64,000 nucleotides of DNA from an uncultured Nitrososphaerales archaeon (GCA_963713605.1 CAVQMO010000015.1:1-64000), one strand, 5' to 3'. Shown: positions 10,247-21,208, counted from the stretch's first letter. Numbers and translations are program-made. The notes: generated by a model from the sequence alone, not told the origin.

Positions 10247-11359
10247 ATGCATATAAACGTGGAAACATCTGGGGATAATCATGGCCAATTGAATTTTGTT
10301 TCGACAATGACGACGACGGATGCTTCTAGATCTTTTAGCGGCGAGAATGCTACTTCTAATAGCACAATAACACAGATACCTGATGCTGCGATGGGTCCTT
10401 CAATACCTGAAAAAGGATATATAGTTGAAGAAATACGCGATAATCTGTATTGGGTGACAGATGGCTCTTATAATACAATATTTTTGGTAACTGATGAAGG
10501 TGTTGTCGCAGTTGATGCTCCACCATCTATTGGACAAAACTACTTGAATGCCATAGCCGAAGTAACTGACAAGCCGATCACACATGTAATTTACAGTCAT
10601 GCCCATTTAGATCATATTGGTGCGGCTGGGATATTTCCAAAGAATGCGACATACATAGCTCATCAAGATACCTCTGCAGAACTCAAGAGAGCTTTGGGTC
10701 TAACCAAAAATGATTCTACTATTCCGCCAATCCCCACGATAACTTTTCCAAATAACTACACATTACAAATTGGAAATCAGACACTTGAATTGGATTATTA
10801 TGGTGATAATCACATGCCAGGAAATTCGTTTATTTATGCTCCAAATCAGAAAGCGCTTATGTTAGTTGACGTAGTATTTCCTGGCTGGGTGCCTTTTGTT
10901 TATTTAGCAATTGCTGAAGATATTGCCGGTTTTATAAAAGCTCATGGCATAGTTCTAAATAATTATGACTTTGATACCTTCGTTGGCGGGCACCTGACTA
11001 GATTGGGAACGAGAGATGATGTGATAGCACAGCAAGAATTTATTTCTGATTTGGAAAAGGCCGCTGGCAAAGCTAACGGTGAAGTCCAATTTAGTGATAT
11101 CGCTACACAAGTAGGTAATACGAATGATACTTGGCTACTCTATTCTAAGTATATTGATGCTGTAAACGAGAATTGTGTACAAACCATGTTAGCAAAATGG
11201 GAGAGTAAACTTGGAGGTGCTGAAGCATTCATGCCTACTCATTGCTTCGCCATGACCCAGGCTGGAAGAGTTGATCCAAGCGTAAATGCAATACTTCAAA
11301 ATAGCACGATGACCGCTCTCCAAATTAGAAATCCGATATATATTTCACATTCTTTGTAG
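10247..11359 (+). CDS. secreted MBL-fold metallo-hydrolase
   Basis: YSHAHLDHIG (HxHxDH) and GGHL motifs; signal-like segment upstream (~10160-10250) lies in another frame. Confidence 0.9.
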   Translation: MHINVETSGDNHGQLNFVSTMTTTDASRSFSGENATSNSTITQIPDAAMGPSIPEKGYIVEEIRDNLYWVTDGSYNTIFLVTDEGVVAVDAPPSIGQNYLNAIAEVTDKPITHVIYSHAHLDHIGAAGIFPKNATYIAHQDTSAELKRALGLTKNDSTIPPIPTITFPNNYTLQIGNQTLELDYYGDNHMPGNSFIYAPNQKALMLVDVVFPGWVPFVYLAIAEDIAGFIKAHGIVLNNYDFDTFVGGHLTRLGTRDDVIAQQEFISDLEKAAGKANGEVQFSDIATQVGNTNDTWLLYSKYIDAVNENCVQTMLAKWESKLGGAEAFMPTHCFAMTQAGRVDPSVNAILQNSTMTALQIRNPIYISHSL

Positions 11360-11601
11360 AAAACAATTAATGAAAAATAAATGATCCAATAATAGATGTG
11401 GATATTTAGTGATTCCATTGTGGTAATAAAATGAAGCTACGAAATGGATGAAATTATTGCAAAGCAGATAATTACTGTGCATCATGGCCGATTAGATCCT
11501 TTATTTATAGCTCTAGTATCATTACACCATTATCAATTCTATGATCTAGTAAGATTGCGGGAAACAATCTTCTCAATCTAATATCTTAATATTCACTGGT
11601 C

Positions 11602-11733
11602 TTAGCCTCCTCCTGCACCCATTCCTCCTCCAGTTGATTCTACTTCTAATTCTTGTAATTCCTTATCTTCTTTAGATTTTACTTTGGTTATCGGCTTCAA
11701 AATTTCTTTTTGAATTTCTTTCTTCTCTTCCAT
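11602..11733 (-). CDS. 43-aa charged micro-protein ending GGGMGAGGG (not in ORF track)
   Basis: MEEKKEIQKEILKPITKVKSKEDKELQELEVESTGGGMGAGGG*. Confidence 0.6.
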   Translation of the reverse strand: MEEKKEIQKEILKPITKVKSKEDKELQELEVESTGGGMGAGGG

Positions 11734-12262
11734 TTGTGTAACTTTGATAGTATAACATACTTAATAAGCATCAAGCAGTATAGATGCGAAATTTGGGTAC
11801 ACTAATAGATGGCAGCATTGCATGGAATAGCTTAAACTTCAACTAAACAGACGCAGAATCTTAGATTCATGTTTCACACTCTTCAACAAAGGGAGATGCG
11901 AGAGTCGGAATTTTACTATGAAAATTATACATAAGTTGGTAGGAGAGCTTGGACCAGTGTCTAAATTACCGAATTCAATTTCAAACCTATCGAATCGAGC
12001 AAAATTAAGTCGTTGTTTGAATGAGATGATTAATACAGCCCAAAAAAGTATCAGCGTCGAGTTTCCAACCTTTTTAACCAGTGCGGCCGACAAGAATAGC
12101 TTTATTCAAACACTATTATCTCCCAATTGAGTTATATTGTTATATTTTATGACATTGTACAAAATAGCTCTTTGATAATTATCTTTTCTCATGAGGTAAA
12201 AAATTAAAAATAAATGTGTCTATTCCACCTTTTGATCGTTCATGACTTCAGGATACTAGATT

Positions 12263-12523
12263 TTAGCTAGTTGGTGGCGTTGCTTGATTACCATTTATTA
12301 CTATAGCGTTCTCTTCTCCGTCAACTTGTGAGGTCGTAATTTCACATACAACATTTAATGGTAATTCCTCATTTCCGCAGACATTGGGTTGGCTTCCTAC
12401 CTGATTTTTTTCCTTTGTTGCAAATATTCTATAATCTACTGAGCTTGCAATTGTAGTTGCAACAAGCATCACGGTGAGGACCGCTATCACTATAACTACT
12501 TTATTCTTAGATATGTTACTCAT
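12263..12523 (-). CDS. small secreted protein, CGN..LPLNV.C family
   Basis: Signal peptide; NVCGNEELPLNVVC; paralog of 16377..16631. Confidence 0.8.
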   Translation of the reverse strand: MSNISKNKVVIVIAVLTVMLVATTIASSVDYRIFATKEKNQVGSQPNVCGNEELPLNVVCEITTSQVDGEENAIVINGNQATPPTS

Positions 12524-12764
12524 TTGCCTCTAGTAACGTAGAACAAATAGATTTATCAGTGTTGAGAATAAGATTACCCTAGATCATATCTGAGAAATGT
12601 TCTAAATTTGTGATATAAGGGCGATATAAAAGCGTGGCAACTTAGTTTTTTATTAGATTATGAAACCAATGAATGTATGTTTCCTTTGTCTAGAACCTCC
12701 AAAATGCATTGAATTGAAAAACTATGTTCCACTATCAATGGTTGTGACTATGATGTATGTTATG

Positions 12765-12950
12765 TTACTTCATGGCATTTGCTTCAACTAGTCAAATATT
12801 ATACTTTTCATGTCCTATTTTATTTTATTCATTTAAAATCCCCAAAATCGGCCATAATTTATAGTATCAGTTCCACCGCCTGTGGCGTTATTTTAGTTGA
12901 TCTACCTGGTTGATTCTTCAAACGTACTTGCGGTGAGTTCTAACCCTTAC
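12765..12950. repeat. dispersed ~180-bp intergenic repeat, copy 1
   Basis: Aligns with 36376-36545 (ttacttcat.gcatttgcttca.ctagtcaaatattatac...tagttgatctac...gtacttgc.gtgag). Confidence 0.75.
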
Positions 12951-13079
12951 CTCTTTACACAAATGTGCCGGAGTTCCAGTCATATTATATCACTAGCGAT
13001 TATTGTCGGCAGTAGTCCACCTCTAATGTAAGTGGAATGAGCTTTTGTACAAAGAAAAGATTGTTTAGATCACCATAGA

Positions 13080-14783
13080 TTAGACTTGAATTAGTGGCAA
13101 ACAAAAACTAAACGTAGTTCCTTTTCCACCACTATTATTTTCTCCCCGTATTTTTCCATGATGAGCTTCTATTATTCCCTTACAAATATATAATCCAAGA
13201 CCAGTTCCATTGTCTGATTTCGTTACGAATTTGGTGAACAATTTCGGCAATATATCTGAATCAATTCCTGAACCAGTGTCATTCACTTTAACTGTTACCT
13301 GATTGTGTTTACTATCAATCTCGGCTGAAATGGTTATTTTTCCATCATGTGTAAATTTTATTGCATTATCGATTAGATTACTAATTACTTGTTTTATTCT
13401 ATTCTGATCAGCTATCATAGGAGTAGATTCCAGTTCCTCTAAACTTAGGAATGTAAGGATTACGTTCCTGTTTGAATCTCTGATTTCAGCATTATAGTCA
13501 TCTACTATCTCTTCTAAGATTTTTGATAGAATGAACCTCTGCTTTTTCAGTTTTAGTGTTTTGCTTTCGATCTTGGTTATATCAAGTATATCTTCAGTTA
13601 GGCGTTGTAACCTTTTTGCGTTTCTAGCGATTATTTGAATCATTTCTCTTATGGTAGTTTCATTATTTTTGATCTTGCTTTTGCTTTGGCTTTTGCCTTT
13701 ACTATTATCAAAAAGTATATCTGATTGTAGAAGGACGTCAGATAAACCCAATATTGGTTGTATAGGTGTACGCAGTTCATGAGCAGCAATATTAATGAAT
13801 TCCTGCTGTGCCTTACTGTGGATTATTAACTCCTCACGCAGCTCACTCTGTTTCCATAGTGTATCAAATATTGAAACATAGGATAATACTGTTGATTTAC
13901 TATTGGAATATGTTGCTAGTCCTATAGCTTCTTCTAGATTATCTTTAGAATCATCTTTTAATTCGACTACAAATGAGTATGTTCTATCTACCACCCAAAT
14001 AGTCATTTTTGTTTGCATCGCTGGTCCAATGTTTCGTATTTGTATTCCTTTGATCCTTTCTAGCCTTTGGATCGAATCTATTATTTTATCCTCAACTGGT
14101 ACGAGAATTCTTACGCGTATGTTGTATTTAATTACATTCTCAACAAGTATGTCTATTCTTCCCGCTCTTTCCTGACGAAGAAGTGCATTTGAAGTATGAA
14201 AGATTATGAGTATTTCCTCCCTTGCTTCTTTAACAAGCCTATAACTGAAACTGATAATTTCGGTAGGTTCCTTAATCACTTCCAATACGTCGGGAACCAG
14301 GCCAGCCTCTATCTCTAAAATTCGTTGTTCAATAGGCACCGACTTAGACCACAGCATTTCAAAGAAATGTTGTTGTTGTTTTACAAAGGCCGGTACTGTA
14401 CTTGTAATAAGCTCTGTAATTTGAGGAGAGGAATCATTAAGATCAGCTGCGGCTGCATATTTCTTTCTATCTGCAATGACAAAGTTACCACTCATCTCAG
14501 ATAGATGACGAAGCTGTGCGATCCCCGATAACACACTGCAATCATTTAGGTTGTTTCTTGTGATTTCAGTTATGATCCTAATAATCACGCCTCTTGTCTT
14601 TAAATCATAATATGCCCTTTTTATCCTCTCTTCCGATAAGATTGGGTTCAGTCCATTTTTTGTGATGCAAAGATCGTATTGATTTTCTATAGAATACAAT
14701 ACCTCCAAGGACCTTTTTATTATATTTTCAGCTCCATGCCAGACCTCTGTTTTATTTTCTGAAGAGGAGGAAGACGAGTTCAA
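13080..14783 (-). CDS. cytoplasmic sensor histidine kinase
   Basis: H-box FINIAAHELRTP, N-box NLIDNAIKF, G-boxes DTGSGI and GTGLGL. Confidence 0.95.
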   Translation of the reverse strand: MNSSSSSSENKTEVWHGAENIIKRSLEVLYSIENQYDLCITKNGLNPILSEERIKRAYYDLKTRGVIIRIITEITRNNLNDCSVLSGIAQLRHLSEMSGNFVIADRKKYAAAADLNDSSPQITELITSTVPAFVKQQQHFFEMLWSKSVPIEQRILEIEAGLVPDVLEVIKEPTEIISFSYRLVKEAREEILIIFHTSNALLRQERAGRIDILVENVIKYNIRVRILVPVEDKIIDSIQRLERIKGIQIRNIGPAMQTKMTIWVVDRTYSFVVELKDDSKDNLEEAIGLATYSNSKSTVLSYVSIFDTLWKQSELREELIIHSKAQQEFINIAAHELRTPIQPILGLSDVLLQSDILFDNSKGKSQSKSKIKNNETTIREMIQIIARNAKRLQRLTEDILDITKIESKTLKLKKQRFILSKILEEIVDDYNAEIRDSNRNVILTFLSLEELESTPMIADQNRIKQVISNLIDNAIKFTHDGKITISAEIDSKHNQVTVKVNDTGSGIDSDILPKLFTKFVTKSDNGTGLGLYICKGIIEAHHGKIRGENNSGGKGTTFSFCLPLIQV

Positions 14784-15506
14784 GTCATTGATTGTAAATG
14801 AGCTCTTGTTTATTTATGATTATTCTATCATAAAGTGCAATTGAATACTAGTCTACGTTATTTTTAGATAAAGTTAATTTATAAGTATCTTGCCCTCGTC
14901 TAGAGTCCATTTAACATATTTAATATGACCGATCTTACGCCAGTTTTTAACTATACTCTCACAATTTTGTATGTTGCGTCGACATTAGTCTTTTCTGTGT
15001 ATTACATAAATAATTTTGGGCATATTGTTCCATAATCAACAATAGAATTGTGTGGTTGCTGCTCGTCATCTGGCTTGGATCGATGGAATATTAGTCCTAA
15101 AGCCGGATTATATCGATATTGTCCTACTTTACTAACAAGCATTGGTAATCATTTTGTGTGATTTAGCCCAAAAATACTAAATGGAATGGATGGATTCTGA
15201 AAGAATAGCTTCTAATTCAAGTCAGCAACACTGCATACATTCTTCTAGGCAATCGGTGTTACCATTACATTTCGATGCCTCAGTACCTCCATTCCTCAAT
15301 ACATCTAAGGAGATCTGTAGAAAACCCAGTCGATATCGGTACTGTATAGGTACGTAACACATAAAACAGCTATGTACCAGTCAGAATCACAAAATTGAGT
15401 TTAACTAAGTCAACTATGCTCACCGCAAGTCAAAAAGACCGACTGTTTAAGATCCTAGATGTAACAATACAACAAATAGAATCTGTTTTTTTTAGCTTCC
15501 TGGTAT

Positions 15507-16253
15507 TCAAGGAGTATACATCTCTACGGAGGCTCCGTTCTTGTACTTTTTAACATCCAGGATCATTTCGACAATTTTTACTGACACTTTCTTTGGGCTA
15601 AGCATCTTGTTCTTATTTTTTTCATAATAATCGTAATCATAATCTTGCCACATTTTTGTAGCTACTTGTCCAAGAAATATTGCCATCACTCTAATGTTAT
15701 ACATATCAATTTCTAATGCTAAGCTCTCTGCTAAACCTGCAAGTCCAAACTTACTTGCACAGTAAGATGATAAATCGCTGAAACCAACCTTCCCTGCACC
15801 GGAATTTACATTTACTATAGTTCCAGATTTTCTTTCAATCATATAAGGGAGTAAAGCCTTTGTAATTAGAAATGCACCTTTTAGATTGGTATCTAACGTT
15901 TGATCCCATTCATCTTCAGACGTATCTACTAATTTCTTGTCAAAGGCAACCCCCGCATTATTCACGAGTATGTCTATTGATTCACTTCCGAATCTGTCTA
16001 CTGCTGATCTGACAAGAGAATTTACCTGAGATGAAATGCTAACATCACATTTTGCCCCTATAACGTTTACTTTATCGTTTACTTCTTCAATGTCATTCAC
16101 TACTTGATTGATTTCATTTTTAGTTCTAGAACATACAACAATATTTTCTACCTGTCTAGCCAACATAATCGCAGTTTCTTTTCCTATACCTCTTCCACTC
16201 CCAGTAATTATTGCGGTTCTATTTTGTGTATTTTTAGGATTCAGGGTATTCAT
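15507..16253 (-). CDS. short-chain dehydrogenase/reductase
   Basis: TGSGRGIG, NNAG, YCASK. Confidence 0.95.
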   Translation of the reverse strand: MNTLNPKNTQNRTAIITGSGRGIGKETAIMLARQVENIVVCSRTKNEINQVVNDIEEVNDKVNVIGAKCDVSISSQVNSLVRSAVDRFGSESIDILVNNAGVAFDKKLVDTSEDEWDQTLDTNLKGAFLITKALLPYMIERKSGTIVNVNSGAGKVGFSDLSSYCASKFGLAGLAESLALEIDMYNIRVMAIFLGQVATKMWQDYDYDYYEKNKNKMLSPKKVSVKIVEMILDVKKYKNGASVEMYTP

Positions 16254-16376
16254 ATATTCTCCTCTTTGGAAAGATTAGCGGCACTTCATACTAAGTGTGT
16301 GTCTTACTTATGAGTGAATGATCAATATGCTGTTATTATTTTGAAATAAAAAAAGTACTTTAGATGTAGGCGATTG

Positions 16377-16631
16377 TTATTGTACTCCGATTACGTTTAC
16401 AGCATTTCCGTCACCCTGTATTTGTGATAATAGATTCTGACAGAAAACATTCAATGGCAGTTCACCATTACCACATTCATTGACTTGGGATGCTGCTTGA
16501 CTCTTCTCGTATTTCTTCTTTCCAGCGAATACGTTATCTGTTGTAGAAAGTGCTGTAGCGCCAACTAACATTACTGTTATCGCTGCTACAATTGCTAAGT
16601 ATTTAGCGTTCATACCAATTGTAATCAACAT
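16377..16631 (-). CDS. small secreted protein, CGN..LPLNV.C family
   Basis: Signal peptide ending VFA; SQVNECGNGELPLNVFCQNLLSQIQGDGNAV. Confidence 0.85.
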   Translation of the reverse strand: MLITIGMNAKYLAIVAAITVMLVGATALSTTDNVFAGKKKYEKSQAASQVNECGNGELPLNVFCQNLLSQIQGDGNAVNVIGVQ

Positions 16632-16829
16632 CTTATTTTTCTATTTTCAGAAAATTTAAGCACTAAACTAAATCGGATTTATGTTCCATTAGATAAACGT
16701 AACATATTACCATATTTGATCTTTCTATCTGAACTATGAAATATCTGATTCCGTAAATAAGAAATGCATTTCCTAGTTGTCAAATTAATCGCCGTCGTTT
16801 TTATATCCGCAATATATCAATGAATAGTT

Positions 16830-17225
16830 ATGAAAAGAGTAATGGTGTTAGTCTTATCAATTTTGGCAATAATGTTAGTACAGCCAACTTCAGTCGATGC
16901 AATCACCGATATAGATGAAAAATGTATAAATCAAGCATATGAAATTGGATATGATATCAGTGAGACTTATGAAAATGTCATGAATGCATTAGCACAATTA
17001 GAGGTTGATTGTATATGTTCTGGAATGATGAGTCCAGAAGCAAGATGTCTAGTATGGTATTACGATACAGGGATTAGAGTTACCCATTTAGTGTTGGCAT
17101 CACCGAACTCAACAGATCTTGCAGACTATTTAACAGAGAGTGATCTTCTTAACCACAAATGTACTAATTTGGATCTTTTAATGGAGCGTGATAAACCACA
17201 GATGGATGTTATGTGGTCGTCATAG
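16830..17225 (+). CDS. secreted Cys-containing hypothetical protein
   Basis: Signal peptide ending VDA; acidic; 5 Cys. Confidence 0.65.
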   Translation: MKRVMVLVLSILAIMLVQPTSVDAITDIDEKCINQAYEIGYDISETYENVMNALAQLEVDCICSGMMSPEARCLVWYYDTGIRVTHLVLASPNSTDLADYLTESDLLNHKCTNLDLLMERDKPQMDVMWSS

Positions 17226-17627
17226 ATTTATTTATTTGTCTTATCCACCCACAGTTGCAGTTGCAGGTTGTATTTCTTGAAAAGCAATTACTATTTCCTG
17301 AAATTTGGTATCGACTTATTTTATTAAAGATCAAAGTCAGATGACAACAGCTAGAGCAGGAGTGATTCTATGCAATGGATCAGCGTGACTTGAGTCTGTA
17401 TGGACATATTGGATACTATCTCCGCGACTCGCAATCACTCCAGAAATATTTAGTCTAATAGCTGCTACGACATGGGGGGATAGGCTTCTGTACTTTTCTA
17501 TATTCTACCGTAGTAACTTGGAGATAACCAAATCTGTAATTTGAACTTACACTATCAATACGAGACATTGGACTGCGCTCAATATAAGATACGGACTGCC
17601 TTCCGATTGATCGAAGTTCAAGTCGTC

Positions 17628-17933
17628 TTATGGTGTCTGGCTGGGGATAAACTCTGTTAGATTTTGCCATCCAGCTTCATATCCATCGACATATTCAGAA
17701 CAATAAGCTACTGGATCTGGAGCTGAGTTGTCTGGATCACAGTATGGATCATATGCTACCTCGCCATGTTCTAGATAATTAGAACTTGCATTACTGTACC
17801 CCTGCTCAAAAGCTGGAGTTGTGTAGTTAGTAGCTTGTAATTGTTGTTGTTGTTGTATTGAAAATATGATAAGCATGGTTACTGCGAGAACGACAAGATA
17901 TCTCTTATTGTTGGAATTGAGTTTTCTCGTCAT
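17628..17933 (-). CDS. secreted hypothetical protein
   Basis: Signal peptide; FEQGYSNA..C..YCSEYVDGYEAGW. Confidence 0.7.
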   Translation of the reverse strand: MTRKLNSNNKRYLVVLAVTMLIIFSIQQQQQLQATNYTTPAFEQGYSNASSNYLEHGEVAYDPYCDPDNSAPDPVAYCSEYVDGYEAGWQNLTEFIPSQTP

Positions 17934-18104
17934 TTATCGATGAATTCAAGAAGTCGATCCAACTATATATCTTTATAGTGAAATTTCACCATTATCGGTC
18001 TTGACCCGAATTATTCATGACACAAAGATCTTGTGAATGGAGACTCGATAGTCTATCTCCCGTAAATAGATAAAAGCAACCAAGACTTAACCAGCAGTAG
18101 CCAA

Positions 18105-18299
18105 CTGACATTGAGTCTGAATTGTAAAGAAGCTGGCGATCCTGTTTGCACACATACCATGTATGGTGAAACTGATGTAGAACTTTTAGCCAATGCAAAG
18201 AAGCATTGAATAGAAGTACACAGATAAACCGAAGAAACATGGAATGAAGAAGTCGCAAAGAATGCGGAACACTTCCAGAAACTAATTAAGAGTACATAG
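18105..18299 (+). pseudogene. DUF1059-like small metal-binding protein with in-frame stops
   Basis: TLSLNCKEAGDPVCTHTMYGETDVELLANAKKH*IEVHR*TEETWNEEVAKNAEHFQKLIKST. Confidence 0.75.
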
Positions 18300-18396
18300 G
18301 CGAGTGTTTAGAACTGAAAGAGCTAGAAAGCTCCGTTCACATTTTTTATTTAAAATGGTCAGTTAGACTACCTGATTGCTTAATTGATCCATTCAG

Positions 18397-18639
18397 TTAG
18401 GCTCTTCTATGTTCACGCTTAATGTGCGCTTGAGTTTCTTGACGTGTTCTAAATTTCAACTTGCACACTCGACAAATAAGTCGTCTGACTCTTAGCCTCT
18501 TAGTATAATCACTTTTTGGAGTTCCCGCTAAATCCAGGTATTCATCAGCACAAATCAGGTCGCCATCTTCTTGGAACTTGTCCTCGATAGTAATGGGTGT
18601 TACCATAACAATAACACTGCATAGCTTCAAGATATCCAT
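18397..18639 (-). CDS. C2H2 zinc-finger protein
   Basis: CRVCKLKFRTRQETQAHIKREH. Confidence 0.7.
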   Translation of the reverse strand: MDILKLCSVIVMVTPITIEDKFQEDGDLICADEYLDLAGTPKSDYTKRLRVRRLICRVCKLKFRTRQETQAHIKREHRRA

Positions 18640-18768
18640 GATATATAAGCCGTTATCCTATGGGTCGGTCAGAAGATGATAATTCTAAAATTGGAGGCCA
18701 TACATAGAACGCAGTGGGTTCAAGTCATATTGAACAGATTTCCTCGTGAATATTTTAACACACTTTAA

Positions 18769-18975
18769 AGTCTTGCCTCTGAAAATCGGGTTCTTGAAGT
18801 AATTGAAGATTCTAGTCCACAGGAGCAAAAAGAAGAGCCAGTGCTGCCTGAGCTAGATATGGAAATAGAATGTCTCAGGTGTAATGAGATTATGGAATTA
18901 TGTTCTAACTTCGATGAATTAGTGTACTCTTGTGAGAGTTGTAGCTTCTTGCTGAAATGTGACAAGAGAAAGTAA
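18769..18975 (+). CDS. small Zn-ribbon protein (start uncertain; first ATG at 18859)
   Basis: Open frame with CLRC..CESC; not in ORF track. Confidence 0.6.
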   Translation, partial: SLASENRVLEVIEDSSPQEQKEEPVLPELDMEIECLRCNEIMELCSNFDELVYSCESCSFLLKCDKRK

Positions 18976-19054
18976 TTATATGTTCTAAAACTCGGCATGT
19001 CGATTTAATCTGTTTTTGAAAATCTTGCAGTATTTTCATTATCATCTTTTCTGA

Positions 19055-19838
19055 CTAACTTATCGCTTCCAATTTTCGACCTAGTAGCGTGTCAGTGTAC
19101 GCAAAATCGTTCTTCATTATTGCATCCGTATACTTCGAAAAAGTGGAATTTTCAATACATGAGCCATGCATAGGGTATATCATGTTAGGGGACAAATCTA
19201 TGAGTCTTCTTGTAGTAACGTCTTACTGGCTCTTCATTTGCAAATATTCCTGCTCCTCTATAAAGAGCAATCATGCTTTCCGATAAGTCTTCTGATATAA
19301 CCGGTTTATTGTTACCAGGCTGAATGAATAAATCAGATGGAAATAATGACTTTGTAGTTTCTTCATAAATCATCATGCTGTCCCAATGATGAACGTGGGG
19401 AGTCATAATGAATCTAAATTGTCTTTTTCCAGTTTTTAATATTTCATTATCCCAAAAAGAAATATGCTCTGTGGGAACACTGTACCATCCTGCTAGATTC
19501 AACTTAGAACTTAAATCACTACATACTAATTTTGCATCAGCAGAATCGAGAAATGCCATCCCTCCCCACTCATCACTTTCGAAATGTAGAAATGATACAT
19601 AGGCTAGTTTTTGCAGCGGGATTACTTCTTTTACTCTTGCTTCTATTTTTTTGTACATTCCAATAGGGCCTGTATGGATTAGCATAGGTCGCTCATCGTC
19701 AATTAAAAACTGATTGTAAGTGATACCATACATATCTACCATCCCTGAGATTCTGTATATTCCGTCTTTAATCTCTGAAATCTCTACGTCAATATCCTGT
19801 GGCTTAAATTGTGTCCTACTGATTTCTGGCATATTCAA
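19055..19838 (-). pseudogene. MBL-fold/flavodiiron-like (ODP-type) protein, frameshift near 19220
   Basis: HFESDEWG, TPHVHHWD, PSDLF; C-terminal IYPMHGS lies in the shifted frame. Confidence 0.8.
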
Positions 19839-20108
19839 AAATCATGTATATAATGGCATCAGATAAATCTTCTCATACATGTCCAGGCTCTAGACATCTT
19901 GCCGCACTCCAGCTTCGATGAATTAGTGTACTCTTGTGAGAGTTATATCTTCTTGCTAAAATGTGTCTAGACAATTTAGCATTAGCGTTCACTATAGCTA
20001 TAGCTCCAGCCAGAGATCTTCAGGCCAGACTGAATGGTACACTTTTGAAATATTAGTAGCCAGAAGTCTGATCTTCAATATTCAAACTAACAAAAAGAAA
20101 GTTGGGAT

Positions 20109-20513
20109 TTATGGACCAAATATGCCAGAAGTAGATAACGCTTCATTGACTTCATTCATTATCGCTTCTACCAATTGGTTTGTTGGGTCGGGTTCTTGTT
20201 CTTCAGCAGTTACTGTTTCATCGTCTTGTTCGGTTGTTGTCTGCTCGCTGTTAACGTGATTAGAATCGGTCGAGTCGGCAGATTCTTCTGTGGTGTCATC
20301 TGTTTTTTCGCTGGGTGTTATACCCTGTGGATTGCCAGTGCCAGTATCATGTGAGCTATCTGTGGTATCATCATTGCTACCAAATTTTTCTGGAGCTGGA
20401 GTAATCTGTGCAATAGCTGACTTTTGACTATCTGCAGTCACACTAAGCATGATTGTGCATATTAGTATCAGCCCGGATAATGTTCCATATTTGATATATT
20501 GAGCGTGCATCAT
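20109..20513 (-). CDS. secreted acidic low-complexity protein
   Basis: Signal peptide ending AIA; T/D/E-rich linker; amphipathic C-terminal helix. Confidence 0.7.
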   Translation of the reverse strand: MMHAQYIKYGTLSGLILICTIMLSVTADSQKSAIAQITPAPEKFGSNDDTTDSSHDTGTGNPQGITPSEKTDDTTEESADSTDSNHVNSEQTTTEQDDETVTAEEQEPDPTNQLVEAIMNEVNEALSTSGIFGP

Positions 20514-20571
20514 GTTGTTAGTGAAGTACTACGTTGGCAAATCTATATTTCAGTTGATTAAGTTTTATCTT

Positions 20572-20900
20572 ATAATTATACTATAATTGATTTCACTTTT
20601 GTCTTTGGATTTGTACATTGATCTCCGATTCCATATCTTACAACTTATTTCAGCTGTTGTCGCAAACGGACTGCTTGCTTGAAATCATTGTTAGATTCTG
20701 CTATCTCTATTGTTCTTGCTTTATCTCCGTATTTCAAATCAGACAATCGACCTAGTATGCTTTCAAGCGTATCTATCTAATTTATTAAAACGTCCGACTC
20801 TCGCAGATTATTTGATTCTTTTTATTTTAAATTTAGCTCTTGAATTCTTTCGTTAAGTGTATTTTCAAGTTCGATAATATTTGACAACTGTAACCGCATT
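20572..20900 (-). pseudogene. coiled-coil hypothetical protein with three in-frame stops
   Basis: MRLQLSNIIELENTLNERIQELNLK*KESNN..IN*IDTLESILGRLSDLKYGDK..QQLK*. Confidence 0.55.
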
Positions 20901-21141
20901 TTGGTTGTTCCAAGTTGTACTCGCAAAGAATGTGGAACACTCTCGGAAACTAATCAAGCAGTCATAAAGTATAATCAAAGCTAGATTACTTCCATATTTT
21001 ATTTAGCTTGCTGCTTCCGATATGCTAATGTGGGACGGCAAATGGGAATCATAATTCTTAATCTATCTATATGCTAGTTCATCTAGATAGCTTAATACAT
21101 TCAATTATATTACGTTACAAGCAGATATGGTGTTGTTCCCC

Positions 21142-21208
21142 CCGCTACGGTGTACTCGATTACTTCTGCTGCCCGAAAGGTAAAGTACTCCTGCTGATAC
21201 CGTAGCGG
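21142..21208. ncRNA. candidate structured RNA hairpin
   Basis: Perfect 10-bp stem ccgctacggt/accgtagcgg with nested tactt/aagta and tgcc-cgaaa-ggta. Confidence 0.4.

Noticed and set aside
21183..21195. 13-nt match aagtactcctgct between the 21142 hairpin and the beta-helix genes (63853-63865)
   Set aside because: Too short to separate from chance in 64 kb; not treated as a second guide
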